A stretch of DNA of 63,938 nucleotides, counting the filler, from Jimgerdemannia flammicorona (taxonomy: Eukaryota), in NCBI GenBank assembly GCA_003990765.1. It is 2 parts of 2 records of this genome, joined end to end, with 100 filler letters (N's around TTAATTAATTAA, not from the genome) between each part and the next. Parts side by side here need not be neighbours in the genome. Positions count along the whole stretch, not along the records: positions 1 to 31,942 come from RBNJ01000370.1; 1 more part is not named here. One strand, written 5' to 3'. The position numbers and the translations under genes are program-made. The notes beneath the pieces are model-generated. The model made no database searches, was not told the DNA's origin, and saw only the letters and a list, made by a program, of their open reading frames with translations. This document shows, in pieces, positions 12,995 through 26,289 of the stretch. The first letter of the stretch is position 1. The number at the start of each line of letters is the position of its first letter.

Positions 12995-15140
12995 ATGTGT
13001 CACGTCAGCTGATATCTAAGCCACTAACGTCAACAAGTGTCCCGCGAAAGGATGGAAGGTTTCACCGACCGTCCCAGTCCATGACAGCACAGCTAATCAT
13101 AATCGGAATGTACACATGGCGTATTGATCGACCCACGTCGATCATTTGCATTGAAGACTTTGAATTAGTCATATTATTTAAAGATGGACACCAGTTCCTG
13201 TTTCCTAGCATAAAACCCGACGGCAAGTAACAAAATATCTTATGAGGAGGAAACAAGCAAAAGGGGACCTTGTTCTGCTATATTGGTCAAACCTGTAGTA
13301 AGTTGGCCTGCTCGGTATGAAAGTTGTGCGATATCACGTGGCCGCATCACTTCTCTTTTGCCCATTACTCCTATTTAAAGATACGTGCAGGAACCAGGAA
13401 CGGAAGACAGGCTTGGATTCCTTTTACATAGCAGTGTCACAACTATTGTTTTTTTTTTTTCTTTGTCAATGACGTTAGTTCTCTTCCCAAAATGTATTTC
13501 GTCGCTTTTCGTTCACAGCATTTCTTTTTCCCGGCCCTCTCCTTAGTTTCAACGTTGTAGCATATAATTAATGTGTTAGAATCAGGAGAGAGGGCATTCA
13601 AAGAGACTGCCCTATTATCTTTACGCTTTGGTGTCATGTTGTATTCAATGATTGCCACAACTACATATGTATGCAGTCAATTTAGAAAGACGTGACCGAA
13701 CTGGTTGCGATTTTATAGTTTCTCACGTATCTGAAATAATGAACACGCAACCCTTCATAAAGTGCTTTTTATTTGGATTGTGTTTTAGCTTACAACACTG
13801 TGTTTTTTTTACTCTGACGTTGCGAATGGGAAATAATGGTGTACTTGACACACTCACATAGCCAGGGACAGTCATTCACGCCAGCCAAATTACTCTTTGT
13901 CACTACACATCGATATTGTTGCACCAACCAGTGTAAATAACGAAGAATTCGACAAGGTCCTATCCGCAGCACAAGACTACGTTGATCAAATAGGAAATCT
14001 TCCACTCAACCCTGTTCGTCCCCACAGTGTCTCCACACTTCGCTCGAGCCTTTGGACAGCAAGGCCACCCCCCTACGCCAGCAACCCGTTCGCCGCCACT
14101 AATCCTTACATAATGCGCAGCCGAATTTTTCGACGAACCTTTTGGCAGCTCTGCCAAGGACAGGTTCCGATCAGCATGACTACACCGATCATGATGGCCT
14201 CTCAACAACGAAGCCCGTGTCTAGCAGTGAGAAAATAATGGAGACAGTACAAAAGACAGTTAGTGGGGCAATGAACGAGCAGATGCAACAGCGGCGAACC
14301 ATCAATGTCCAGTACTATGAATACGAAGAAGCGCATATTGCTAGGCTCTGTACGGCAACCACGAGAGCTGGCGTAGCCCAAGTCCAACCCGGCGAAGAAG
14401 CGCATATTGCTAGGCTCTGTACGGCAACCACGAGAGCTGGCGTAGCCCAAGTCCAACCCGGTTACCGGCACAAACTGCTTGCCCGTCAGGGTTAGCTCCA
14501 CAGTTCTGACCCCCATCGCACATCATGCAAGCATCCTTGAATTAATGAAGCTTACCCGTTTCAACGCATAGCATGAAAGCCGACGCGCAAGGAATCAGAG
14601 ATCATAGTAGAGGTGCCAAGGACGATATACGGAGGCCTTGAGGAAGACAACAGCAGGATGGAAAATACCTCGGACGGAGAGAATGACGGTGACGAAGATG
14701 ACAGAGGGGTCGGCACGCAGGCGTTCGCTATGGAAGCGGAACTATCAGTCAATACGGGACTGGTTGCTAACCTAGACAAGACCCAGCTGCACGACCTTAT
14801 GACCGTCCTTAACGACACTTAGACGACGAAGAAACGATTAGCACGCAAACACTCAATAGGAAGACAGTCATCCCCAGCCAAGAACACTCAGTCCAACGAC
14901 CCGCAGACTCTGATTCGCGACGAAGAGACCCTGGTCGAAACGATAGCTAGACGTGCTAAGGTAGCTCATCCTTCTAGCAATATCCGCAAGACGGCACGAA
15001 TCAGAAGGGAGCAGATACACTTACGACACGTATGGTTTCCGCCAGTGGTCGAAGGAGTTCGGTACCGCCGTGGGAAGCATCTATAGGACGGCGTGGCCGG
15101 CGTGGCCGGCGTGGCCGTAGTGTGTGGTGATAAGGTTTGC
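12995..15140 (+). pseudogene. Module X copy B
   Basis: Similar to copies A and C. Contains an exact 69-bp tandem duplication (14324-14461, EEAHIARLCTATTRAGVAQVQPG twice), plus stops and frameshifts. Confidence 0.7.
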
Positions 15141-15344
15141 CAAATCAGGGCGGGTGCATATAAATTATCTAATTAATTACATATTATGATATCCCTTTGG
15201 GTTGTGGTTCTTAGTCCAGAGCTTCCAGAAGGCCCAGAACTACGTGCCCAAGCCATTTGTTCAGATCGCTCGCCCCCCAGGAATATGACAAGGACACACG
15301 TTTAGTCCGAATTGAGGTTCATCCCTTTCTGTACTCCTTCAACT

Positions 15345-15960
15345 ACGTTCACCACCGCCCGCCGTCCAGCCAACGCCTTTGTCCATGTCGACACCACCCG
15401 CCCCCCTGTCTCGACAGACATTGCGACATCAGTGTTTTTTAAATGGGCTCCGCAAGGCGTCGTCCACGACCCTACCAAACTCGCCGCATCCCCATCCCCC
15501 TCGTCACTCCCTCGACGTTCGACATTCCACATCCATATGTTCTCGCCGCCGGGGGCGCTTTTCGCTCTTATTCTCCTCAACGCACCACCGCGTCGCGGGC
15601 GAGGACGGGTCTCATGTGGCATACACGTTCTGGAGTCTTTTCCGCAGAGGGAGCTCCTACGCCGACCTGTCCTCGCCGGATTCTTCCACCCCAATCCCGA
15701 TAGTTATTAAACCCAGAAGCAAGATCGATGAAAATGTTGAAAACACAAAACTCGAACGTCGGCGAAGCGCACACAAAACCGCAAAGGAGGAGTACCAGAG
15801 AAAAGAAGACCAACTGATGCAGAACGAACGAGAACGCGAGTGACGCTCAAACAAATGATTACCGTAGATATTGAACATTTACGTCATCGCGTTTGCCACC
15901 TTCGTATCATTTAATGAATACAATAGTCGACTAATGCTAAGATTTGATTTCCTCATCTCT
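15345..15960 (+). pseudogene. Module Y copy: Ser/Pro-rich segment ending ENTKLERRRSAHKTAKEEYQRKEDQLMQNERERE*, with 3' flank
   Basis: Homologous to 24250-24940 (minus) and 30525-31060 (plus); frameshifted. Confidence 0.6.
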
Positions 15961-17334
15961 GCATTTCTCCCACCACGCCTCCCTCTACCCTTGTTATCTG
16001 CTCCTCCTAACATATATTAGATAATTTCAAAAAGATGAAGTCGTGGTTTTGGGATCTGATATGGTGTGTCCGTGGCAGTTGTCTTTTCTGCGGACATAAG
16101 GTATACGTATATCCGCGGCACGCGCTTTTTCTCCTTGTATCTACACGCCGCAGGAAATCCAGTAGTCATAGAAATATTATTTATAATTTATGAAGCGACA
16201 TACTCCAATAGAGCTGCAAAAATAAAGATTTTTATTAAGTATGTTGAGATTGGAATTGCCTTGCACGATGTCAAAATGCGAACTGTCTTTTGCTAGCCAC
16301 GAAGGATCTAGGGACAAGACAATTATAGAATGACGGTTGAATTGTTGTTCTTCAGATAGTTAATCGGCGCTCGTTAATCGTCATTCTTTTATGTAGTTAA
16401 CCGTCATTCTTTTGTGTAGTTAATCGTCATTCTTCTGTAGTTAATCGTCATTTTATAATCATATTCAAGGGTTGATCGCCATTCTATAATCGCCGTGTTC
16501 TGGTGTTAGAGTTTCGGATTATCTGATGCAGATCCTGTACCAGTTTAGATCCGATTCAAAGGATTACCTGGTATCAGTTTCTGTTTCCCTAGCATGAACA
16601 TTGTTCGGATCATCCAAGCTCAGCAACACGTCCGCCAACCCACTTCTCCTTTTGCGTGGCGGAACGTATTGTTATTGCCCTTGGAACCTTCCACCAAGAT
16701 CATTTCACTACAGTCGCCTCAAGTGAACAACTTCGAAAGTCAAGGTACAGCCATGTCACAACATCGAAAGTAAGATATTACGTAAAGAGAAATTGGTTTT
16801 CGTACACAGTAAACGTGCTAGAATTTTCTGATCAGAAGAGGGTTTCAACGACAGTCATTAAAGATGTACGACGAAACCGATATTGGCAGTCAATTTCATG
16901 ACCCGCTGTGGCGTGTGAAATGGCATCCCCCTATGACCACGAAGCCACAAATATTTCTATCCCAAACGCCACCGCCATCGCCAAAGCACGAATGATAGAG
17001 GGTATATTCAATGTACGCCACTTGTATAATTCAAACTGCGGTCGACGGATGATACCAAACTGATGTAATGCTGCGCCTTAAGTGTAACAAGATAGGATAA
17101 CAAATATGCGAAGTCGGTAGAGAAAAATTGAACACGATGATTAGGTTGGTTTTAAGAATTCAAACCGCGCAAATGCCACCGTGGCTGTACTAAGGAAAAA
17201 AAAAAAAAAGAACTCGGGCCAACCTAACAGCTCAAAAGCCCGCAGTATCACTTCTGTCAACCTCTATGCCAGTCTCGACAGCACCTGATTCCTAGCCCAT
17301 CATTATCCACTATCCGCAACAAGTTCCAACCCTA

Positions 17335-20300
17335 ATGATGTCTGACGGTAATGACGACATCGGATTGCAACATATGCCATCACACGGCTCGTCGTCAGCA
17401 TCGGCATTGAATTCTCCACAGAGCAAAGAAGGTGACATCCTGTGTATAAAAACGTCAAATAACGGCGATTTCGTAGCTTCGCTAAGCAAAGAAGATGAAC
17501 AAGCTGTGGTTCGGATCTGGCGGGCTCCCAAAGAGGGCAAACAGACAACGACGCTCGAAACCGAAGCTGCTCTGCACAAGACAAAAATCGACATTCACAA
17601 AATTCTCCAAACTGGCGAGTTCGTAAACATGTCCATCACCGTGGCCAATTCGGGAGACATCTGCGCTGTGTCGTTTGTACCCAGGAGAAATCCGCACAAT
17701 GATAGCTACGACGATCGCGACAAGCCGGTGATGGATGGCCATATCCTATACACCTACAAACGTTGGTGTGCTGAAGGTGACTGGCTTGTGCCACATAAAG
17801 ACAATTTCGGGCCTATCATCATCAAATTCGTCAACGCTAGCGGTATCGGCACCGACCATCCTCCTGCCTCACCAGTTTTCAGAAGTGCCGAGGAAGGGCA
17901 ACATACAGATGGCCAGATACAAGAACTCCAACTGCGCAGCGGCACCGTTTTCTTTGGCGATGATAACCTCCTCGGCATCGAAAGTATGATCCTCTGTTGC
18001 CCGCCTTACCTACGAGTGTATCGCCTGCCAGACCTTATCGTCACTCGTACAATCTACTTCGACATTTGCAACATCGTCCGTTCGCTTGACCTCGATCCAA
18101 ATGTCGCAGCCCTACACCGGAAAATGGACCGTTTATCGCTCATGTATCAGTCAATCCCACAGCTTCACAAAAGTCCGTACCAACTTCGCGAATTGATGCT
18201 GCGCAACATTGCTCCTATGGATTCCCGCTGGCAGTCCCGTTTTGCCTTGTCATCCGATGGATCCCGCCTCGCTGTTCTTTCAAATGTTGATAAAGCTATT
18301 ATCAACAGGTATTTTGTCTATTCTCATTTATTTATTTATTTATTTTTTTTTTTTTGCTGTTTCTTCACTAACTCGATCCTCATTCCTATGTACTGGGAAG
18401 TTTGTATATAACTGTGCATATTCTACACATGAAGACCGGACTCGAAATTATGCGATGGAGGGCCAAGATAAAACCCAAAAAGTTAGGCTTCCACGACGTA
18501 GGCGACAAACTCACCATCGTAGCTTCTGAAGGAATCTATGTCTACGACGTCAACACAGGCGCACAAATCACAGTCGAGCGACCAAATGAATGCTGGCTTC
18601 ACAGCCAAAGGCAATACAGCCTTAGTCAAGTGGAAGGTGGGATTGTGATCAAACCGCTGATGCAAAATGTTTCAGATGCAAATCTCCAGCTGAGGGAGTT
18701 GACGGCGGCCAAAGGGGAGGTACGGTTTGGAGACACTGAATGGTCATTGCAAGTTGAACGTGATGAAGACCAGTATTTCTACATCTGCTGCGTAAGAAGT
18801 GTGTCGAAACCACCTGTTTCCGAACCGAAAAGGTTTGCGTTTCAGCCGCTCAGCAATGATCATCCTTTCCGTCTACCGTGTCATTTTGCAGTGACCGAGG
18901 AAGGCGCCATCCTCGTCATTACGGCCATGACTGTACAGCTGTGGTCGCGACCGACAACTAAATGCAACTACCAGCTTCAAGATTTCTGGTGCATCTCCAA
19001 GCCAGGCCGGATCCGCAGCAAACAGCCAAACGCGATCGACAAATGGCAGACGAAGGCCTTTAAGGAGAATGCGAATACTGGCGCGGGCCACATCAATGTG
19101 AGAGTGTTCCTGTGCGTAACTACTCCGGAGAATGGTGATCAACCGGAATTCAATTCACATCACGAAATCGTCATGGGGGCGTCAACTCAAGTGCAAAAGG
19201 CATTCAGTGGCTGCCGCTATTTCTTATTACTTTCGAAGGGGATCACGGAAAGGAGTTGCAAGTGGACCTTGCCACCGAAGACCGAAAACATTACGCACCT
19301 CACGGATCAAATTGCCCAGATTCTCTCTGAATACATACCAAGGCATCGGTTTCCTCGCATCGACATCCGCCTATTTGACTCTCCCATTTTGTATCTCTTT
19401 AACTTTCAAGATCTCGATGCTGTCTTTGCCGCCTACCGAAACTACCGCCGTTGCATCTTCTCCTGGATTTACGAATCGGACGACATCCCAAACACCTTGT
19501 TCTCTTACGTGAGCGACCCTGTCGTCGAGGGAAAGATTATTCGATGGATGATTCGCCAGATCCAACGTGGAGAAATCGCGTACGGCCTTATACTCCAGCA
19601 GCAGATTCCGGACTTGATGGATGAAAACCCGGCGCTAGTTGGAGAAATTGCGCGAGCGTTATCCTACCAAGTTTGCATCGTTCCCAATGTCCAGAACCCC
19701 ATTTTTCTGCGTCAGGAACGCTCTCCTGAAGAAGGTCTTTCGAACCGCGACGTGGAGATTTTGACACGCCACAACCACTTATATCCGATCATTCAATTCA
19801 CCAACCACATCGAATTCCCCAACAGCAGCATCTCGTATGCGTTGTCTGCTTTCCTCTGTGGATTCGGGTGGTGTTTCAAGTATTTGGCAGAGTTGCCATT
19901 GAGGCAGTTGAGAGAATGGTTTCCAATCTTTAGGCCCCGGCTGAGGCCTGCGCATGTCTGTGTTGTTCCTTTTCTCAATCTATGTTCCTACGAAGGAACT
20001 AGAAGAAGTACATTTGCCCACATTGCCGGGAAAATGGCAGAGCAAAAAGTGGTTGAGATTGCGGAACCATTTTTGGAGGCCGTCGTATACCAAGTAAGTA
20101 CAATACAAGCTACACTCACTTGCGTTCCACGGAAAGTATGGGCTTAAATCCTTAATGTGTCCTTTACCTCTTTCTAGAAATGGCGAGCATTTGCTCGCAC
20201 GAGGTTCTTTGCAATATTCGCGTTCTATCTTGTCTACTATGCATTCTTCACAATGTTACTCGAAACGGAAGCGCCCATAGACAACCAACTGTCCGAAGTG

Positions 20301-20559
20301 CAGAAACGGTATTCTGTGGTCGTTTGTGGGATGGCATCCGTGTCCATCGTTATGGAGTTGTTAAAATGCTGCCATCGTTTCAGAGCATATATTGTCACTC
20401 CATCCAATCTTTTCGAGCTCGGTGCATTCATTCTACCAATTGTATACGTGAGGTACCTCATATCTGGTGACCCCATGCCAATTCTTCTCCGTCCAACTAG
20501 TGTGCTTCTAGTCTGGTTTCGGCTGGTGAGTGTGTTTACATATGTGGTACTTTGGGCCC

Positions 20560-20594
<35 letters not shown>

Positions 20595-21577
20595 AATACC
20601 CAGAACAAACTCGAATTTCGTCCTCTTATAGATGATGCTACTTCGCGTTTTTAAACCTATTGGAATATTTGTTGCCGTAATGAGCGAGGTATGATCCTGT
20701 ACTGACTTGCACCGAAATCATTTCTTCAAGACATTACCACTTACGTTTAATGCTAAACCCGATTTTAATCCCGCATGCAAAGATCATTAAAAGGATGGCC
20801 CCTTTCCTGATTGTGCTTGCGATGGCCCTTTTAGGTTTCGCACAAGCCTTATATGAACACCTGAAGCATTCCTGCCCAAACACCACGGCTTTCAACATCA
20901 TTAATGGCACCATAGGCAATGAAAATGTCAGCTTGAGTGCATTTCCATTCGATGCATCTGGCAATGATTTCCATCAGGACTTCAAAACGGTCTTGGGTAA
21001 TGTTTTCTTTTTCACATCTCAAAACTATGCAACGATGGCAATGTAAGTTTATTTGTTTATGTTGTGTTGCATCTTTTTTCGGGTGGGGATGGGAGACAAA
21101 AGGTTGTTAGGGTAGATAGCAGTGAAATTTACTTTACAACACATGCGCAAAGATTCCAATCGGACCCCAGCATCATGGGCGTGATGTTTATCTTTGCCGT
21201 GGTAACCAACATCCTGCTCTTGAACGTCCTCATCGCTCTCCGTGAGTAGACAGACCCTATTTATTCGGAGAAGGCTGTGAATTTTGCATTTAATGAAATC
21301 AAGCGAAAATTCAGATGGCTCTGAAGAACAATCCCGAAACTAATCGCACTTGCCCGATATTACCTAGTCAACAATGTCTACAACAAAGCTCTCGAATCTG
21401 GACAACGCCTTTGGCTTCTCCTGTTTGTCCAAATTGTTGCCGATATTGAGCTTCATCCGTTTCTCGATGTTTATTGGAAGCGGCACGTCAGGGAGGACTG
21501 GTTCCCGCCCTATGTTTACTACATTGGTATATATGCACCCGATTGTCTATTGTAATTGGTTAAACAAAACCAATGTC

Positions 21578-21629
<52 letters not shown>

Positions 21630-22148
21630 AACGATAGCGCACGATGTTGAAATAGAGGCTTACAGAAAAACAGCCCACAAAAATCAAGGGGATCAGGATG
21701 AGGCTCAACAGCGGCAAATTCTAAAGTGGGGCCCAGCCGAGCAGTTCTCAGATGGTAGGTTTCGCAACATCATAGCTGACCCCAATGTCTCTTATCCATC
21801 GCCACTCACACACAGCCTCTTTCAAATACAGTGTTTGAAAATATTCCCGACGTAGTCGAGGCTCTGTTCGACTACAATCCAACTGAGAACCAATCGGATC
21901 ACCTTCCCCTCAAGCGGGGACAGACGATCGATGTTGTCCGGGCCTTCCCCTCAGGCTGGTGGTACGGCGAGTGTGAGAGCAGACAGGGGCTTTTCCCTTC
22001 CAACTTCGTTGGCCCCTGCACAGAAGAGTCGCAATATTCGGAACCTAACATTCCCGATACGAAAGAGGCGCTGATCAACGTGCAGAATGACGGAAGGAGA
22101 TTGTGGTTCCCATCCATGGACTCGTTGCCCAATATTCCTAGAGATTAA
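17335..22148 (+). CDS. TRP-like 6-TM cation channel with beta-rich (WD40-like) N-terminus and C-terminal SH3 domain; 9 exons, ~1337 aa
   Basis: Exons 17335-18308, 18401-20093, 20178-20525, 20632-20688, 20783-21042, 21153-21241, 21368-21526, 21638-21754, 21832-22148. All introns are GT-AG, phases join, total 4014 nt with one open frame. Motifs: pre-S1 FLEAVVYQKWRAF, S4-S5 WFRLMMLLRVFKPIGIFVAVM, S5 FLIVLAMALLGFAQAL, S6 TNILLLNVLIALLNNVY, TRP-helix-like WLLLFVQIVADIEL...DWFPPYVYY, SH3 VEALFDY...HLPLKRGQTI...SGWWYG...GLFPSNFV. The WD40 call is weaker (RFALSSDGSRLAV, VRIW). Confidence 0.9.
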
Positions 22149-23050
22149 GACTGAAGTAATTTGATTGTACCTGCTGCCATTTGCACTGGGGACTGGGCTG
22201 AGTTGTATATTTCTAGAAAAATGTTGATACATTTTTATTATTTCGATACGTCAATGTTACACTCAACAATGTCATCAAAAGGGTGTGCTATTGTCAGGTG
22301 ATCCGTTTTCAACAGGGGGAAATTCGGCCATTCTAAAGAACGTCATATTGTAGAATACGGAAAGAGTTCTCTCTTTTTTTTTTCTTTTTTTTTTTTTTTT
22401 TCTTCTCTTCTTTTTTTTTTTGGTAATTTTTATATATTTTTTTATTTATAATAATAATAATAATATATTATTATGATATTGATATCACATTTTTATTTTA
22501 TTTTTTAAATAAATATTATATTTCAAATATATTACTAAAAATTAGAAAGTTTATTATTATTACATTCAGTATTTTATTTAATGAAGAGATGGACTCACTG
22601 AACATTGTATGACTTTCTATTTCCCTTGCACCGCTCTTTTTCAAAATTATCTGCTCAGTTTCGATAAGAATTAATCATCTAGATTTATCTTAAAGATAAT
22701 TATAAGTAAATATGTCCATTTTGTCATCTAACTAGGGAAAGAAGAAAAGAATTACGTGATGGTCGGGTACTGTTCCACTTTAAAAAAGTTAATTTCGAGA
22801 TCAGACTCTTGAACATATTTTATTATTTTTTTTATGACAATTGCATTCCCCATAGAGATTACCCAAATTATATCGTTATGCCCTCCATCCTTTCTGTGTG
22901 ACTCTAAACAACATATACTTTTTTTTTTCTTTGTTTTTCTTGGTTCCGCACCAATGGCCGCGATTTGAGCTCAATCTTTTCTATTTGGTATTTTTTTTTT
23001 TCTCCCTTGCTCCCAATGTGCATGTACCCGTGTTTTGCTACTCTCAATGG

Positions 23051-23281
23051 CAGTGCTCAGAACGAATCGAATCAAGGATCCAATTCGATTCGAAGTTCAA
23101 TTCGAACCTAATTTTTCAAAATTCAATGATTCAACCAAAATGTGACCAAATTTAATGAATTTTAGTTTGTTGGATTGGCCTTATATAATTAGGTGAATCC
23201 AGTACAACAAAGAATATTAAATTTGGACGAGTTATTGTATTTTGAAGTTCCAATCGAATTAATTCGATTCGTTTGTATATA
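23051..23281. mobile_element. CpG-intact relative of the hAT-type foldback MITE
   Basis: Begins CAGTGCTCAGAACGAATCGAATC and ends ...ATTCGATTCGTTTG. Its internal sequence resembles 2310-2470. The right end and TSD (CTCAATGG / CTCAATTT) are imperfect. Confidence 0.6.
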
Positions 23282-23491
23282 CTCAATTTCACTCCAGCAG
23301 AGACACCCTCTGATTTTTAATATCACTTGCTTCTCCGAACACTGTGCTCAAAAGCTACCATTGCCACGGTCGTCAACGAGGCAGGTTAGTGTTGGGTATT
23401 ACATCATGAAAGGAATCTATCCCCGTTGAAAGGTACCAGTTTCTTTGTCCGGTAAGGCTCGCCCTTTGTGGCCTCTGACGGTAGGTAGTCC

Positions 23492-23614
23492 AGCCCAACG
23501 TATACCTCTCCGGCCCGACGTATACCTCTCCGGCCCGACGTATACCTCTCTGGCCCGACGTATACTTCTCCGGCCCGACGTATACCTCTCCGGCCCGACG
23601 TTATACCTCTCCGG
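23492..23614. repeat. 20-bp tandem repeat (about 6 copies)
   Basis: Unit CCGGCCCGACGTATACCTCT. Confidence 0.95.
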
Positions 23615-24413
23615 AAGTCTGATTATCCTCGACCAACACTGCGAATCGGCTTTAGCAAACACGACGTTACCTGGGTGGTGATCGTTGCGGTTAGAACCCA
23701 CATCGCAGATCTTCTTTGCTCATGACGACGCCTTTGGATCCTCTTCATCCACCTTATAAGTACGACTCTTTAAGTACGACTCCAGGACGTCTTGGAAAAC
23801 GTGTCCTCTTCGCCTGCTGTCTAACAGTCATTTTGACTCGATGATCCGGCTTGGCAGCCTATTCCAAAAAAAAAAAACTTTAGGTTGTATTTCGGCAATA
23901 CCCGAATGACAACCACTAAGGTCGCACCAGAATTTTCGTGTTCCCTTCCACTCTTACGCCATTCGTTCTTCACAGGACTGCGTCGATTCTTCCGCGGAAC
24001 AAGAATATTTAGAATATTTGGGCGCATTATCAAAAGGACCAACGATTATGTGCCGTCGTCCGATCACGGACAAGGGAGTATACCTTTGCCCGCAGTAAAG
24101 ATGAAGATGGCAGTGAATGGACTTCACAGTGCGCGCGAGTTAACCCATCACCCACAAATTGACACACGCCATGGATACACACATAATCCTGATTCTATCT
24201 TTTTGATATTCTCTATTTGTTTACGAGGAAAGTAAAGCCGGGAACATGAGGGAAATACAGAGATGAGGAAAACAAATCGGCTAATCGACTATTCTATGAA
24301 AGAAAATCAAACTATAATATATTATGAATGCAATATTAATACAATTGTTAAAAATGAGATGACAAAAATGGTTATGTTTTCCAGAGCGAATTTCTAGAGT
24401 CACTCGTGACGCA

Positions 24414-24940
24414 TTAGGTGCGTGTCCGTTCGTTCTGCTTTATAAGTTCTTCTCTCCTCTGGTACTCCTTCTTTGCGTTTTCGTGTGCGCTTTGCCGACG
24501 TACGAGTTTACTATTCTCGATGCCGAGGCTGGGTTTATCATCTTCCACGAGGGCGACGTGAATAATAGGCGGGGACGGGTCAACGGAGGAGCTCTTTCTG
24601 TGGAAAATCCCCCAGAACGAAGTGCTTGATGATCTTGTGAGTATAAGCGAAAGGCGGCGGCCGCGGCGAAAATTCGGCAGGGAACGAGAGGGACGAGGAT
24701 GCAGCGAGATGGAACTGATTTTGGGTAAGGACGACGTCCTGCTATGGCTCCTAGTTGTGTTGATGTCAGTGGAGTCAGAAGGAGGCCCGGTGTCGCTGGA
24801 GGTCGAGCCAGGCGGGCGGGCGGTGTCGCTCGAGGTCGAGCCAGGCGGGCGTGCGGTGTGAGCCAGGTGGGCGGGTGGTGTCGCTGAAAGTCTCGACACC
24901 GACAAAGACGTTTTGTTGATGCGGTGTACGGGGATGTGGT
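24414..24940 (-). other. Module Y copy with an open 163-codon Ser/Pro-rich frame; possibly the 3' part of the adjacent kinase gene
   Basis: ORF 24414-24905 ends ENSKLVRRQSAHENAKKEYQRREELIKQNERTRT*. Homologous to 15345-15960 and 30525-31060. Same strand as, and directly downstream of, the kinase remnant. Confidence 0.5.
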
Positions 24941-24989
24941 TGGAAAGTTGGGGGAGGGCAGAGGTCTGTCGATTTGTGTTCCATCTCCT

Positions 24990-26010
24990 ATAACTTGTTG
25001 TAGCTTATTGGGGATTCCAAAGGAGCGGTGGATTCGGACACTTGTTCCTCCATGAAACTCGATGACGAATCGCATGGCCCCAGTTCTCGTGAGAACGGCA
25101 TAGAAATTTTCTTGAACAACTTTCGCCATTTCTCTAACCGCGCATAGACTTGCTGCATGCATGCCACCACTCTTGGAACAGAGACGCAAACTCGTGCGGT
25201 GCATCGGGAATCATTTGCTCGCGTAATGTGTCCGGGTTTTCCTCGATAGCTGTGGATGTGTCGCCTTTCGGTGAGATGCCGGTGGCATATTAGTAGCGAG
25301 GCAATATACGTCCTCTGCAGACGTTTGTGGCATGTTGGCAAAAAATTCTGGTGATAGGTACTGCGGCGGCCACAGTATCCCGTTTGGATGACGGGTTCAT
25401 TGAAGGGCATGGCGAGGCCAAGATCAATTAGGAGCGGGTAGTGTGGGGTCATATACATGACGTTTCCAGGGTGGAGGTCGTGGTGGGCGTAGCCGAATGT
25501 GTGAAGGTCGGCTAGACGGTGGGCGAGGCGGGAGGATAGCTGGACGATAAGGTGCCAGTCGTCTGAATAGTGGGAAATGGTGGCTACGAGGGTGGGGAGC
25601 GAATTCGAATGTCATCAAGTATTTGTGGGTGGTTGGATGTTGAGAGAGACCGATTAGAAAGACAGTAGAGCCTACGTTATAGGCGGTCAGGCAGACATTT
25701 AAAACCAGTAATGTGAGGCGAATTTGAATTAGGAAGTGGCGGTACGAGTTGAAATACGACAAAGTTGAATGTTCTTGTCATACACATATGAATTTATCAC
25801 CAAAACTACACGACCAGAAGGGTAAGACTCGTATATACCTCCTCCTTTCCGTCGTTCAATTCCTTGAGTGCAAAATGCTCTTCGGCGTCCTCAAGTTTTG
25901 CAGCAATGGTTCCTTTATATACCTTGGCGGATCCACTCTCGTAAACAGAGTCGATATTTATGAAGTGATTGGGTGATCCAGACGATATAATCTGCAAGCT
26001 GTGGGACTCC
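24990..26010 (-). pseudogene. Protein kinase pseudogene (tyrosine-kinase-like type)
   Basis: Subdomains appear in order across frameshifts: ESGSAKVYKG, FALKEL, IGLSQHPTTHKYLMTFEFA, LADLHTFGYAHHDLHPGNV, LLIDLGLA, YLPPEF...TSAEDVYCL. At least two frameshifts and a stop. Confidence 0.85.
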
Positions 26011-26208
26011 AAGCAAGAGAGGGAACATTGAAGGGGGTTACTAGGGTCGGGGAAACGGGTTTTGTGACGATGGATGCGTGCTGTTGGAGAATTTGTTAGG
26101 GTTTCGAGCAACGGAAGGCGGCCTCGTAGTGAAGTGAGGCGGGATTCGATCATTTGAAGGTGAAAAAGAAACAGAGCTTGCGTTAATAGTCTTAGGTGCC
26201 AATGGAGT

Positions 26209-26282
26209 ACGCTTTAGACCACTTGTGGTCAACGGAGAACGCTTTAGACCACTTGTGGTCAACGAAGTACGCTTTTGACCGA
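26209..26282. repeat. 30-bp tandem repeat (about 2.5 copies) at the PL14 breakpoint
   Basis: Unit ACGCTTTAGACCACTTGTGGTCAACGGAGA, containing a small GACCAC/GTGGTC hairpin. Confidence 0.8.
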
Positions 26283-26289
26283 TGCGACG

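Noticed and set aside
17335..18411. ORFs 17335-18411, 18402-20147, 20253-20654, 20750-21046 and 21831-22148 as separate genes
   Set aside because: They are exons of one spliced gene; the ORF ends run into introns.
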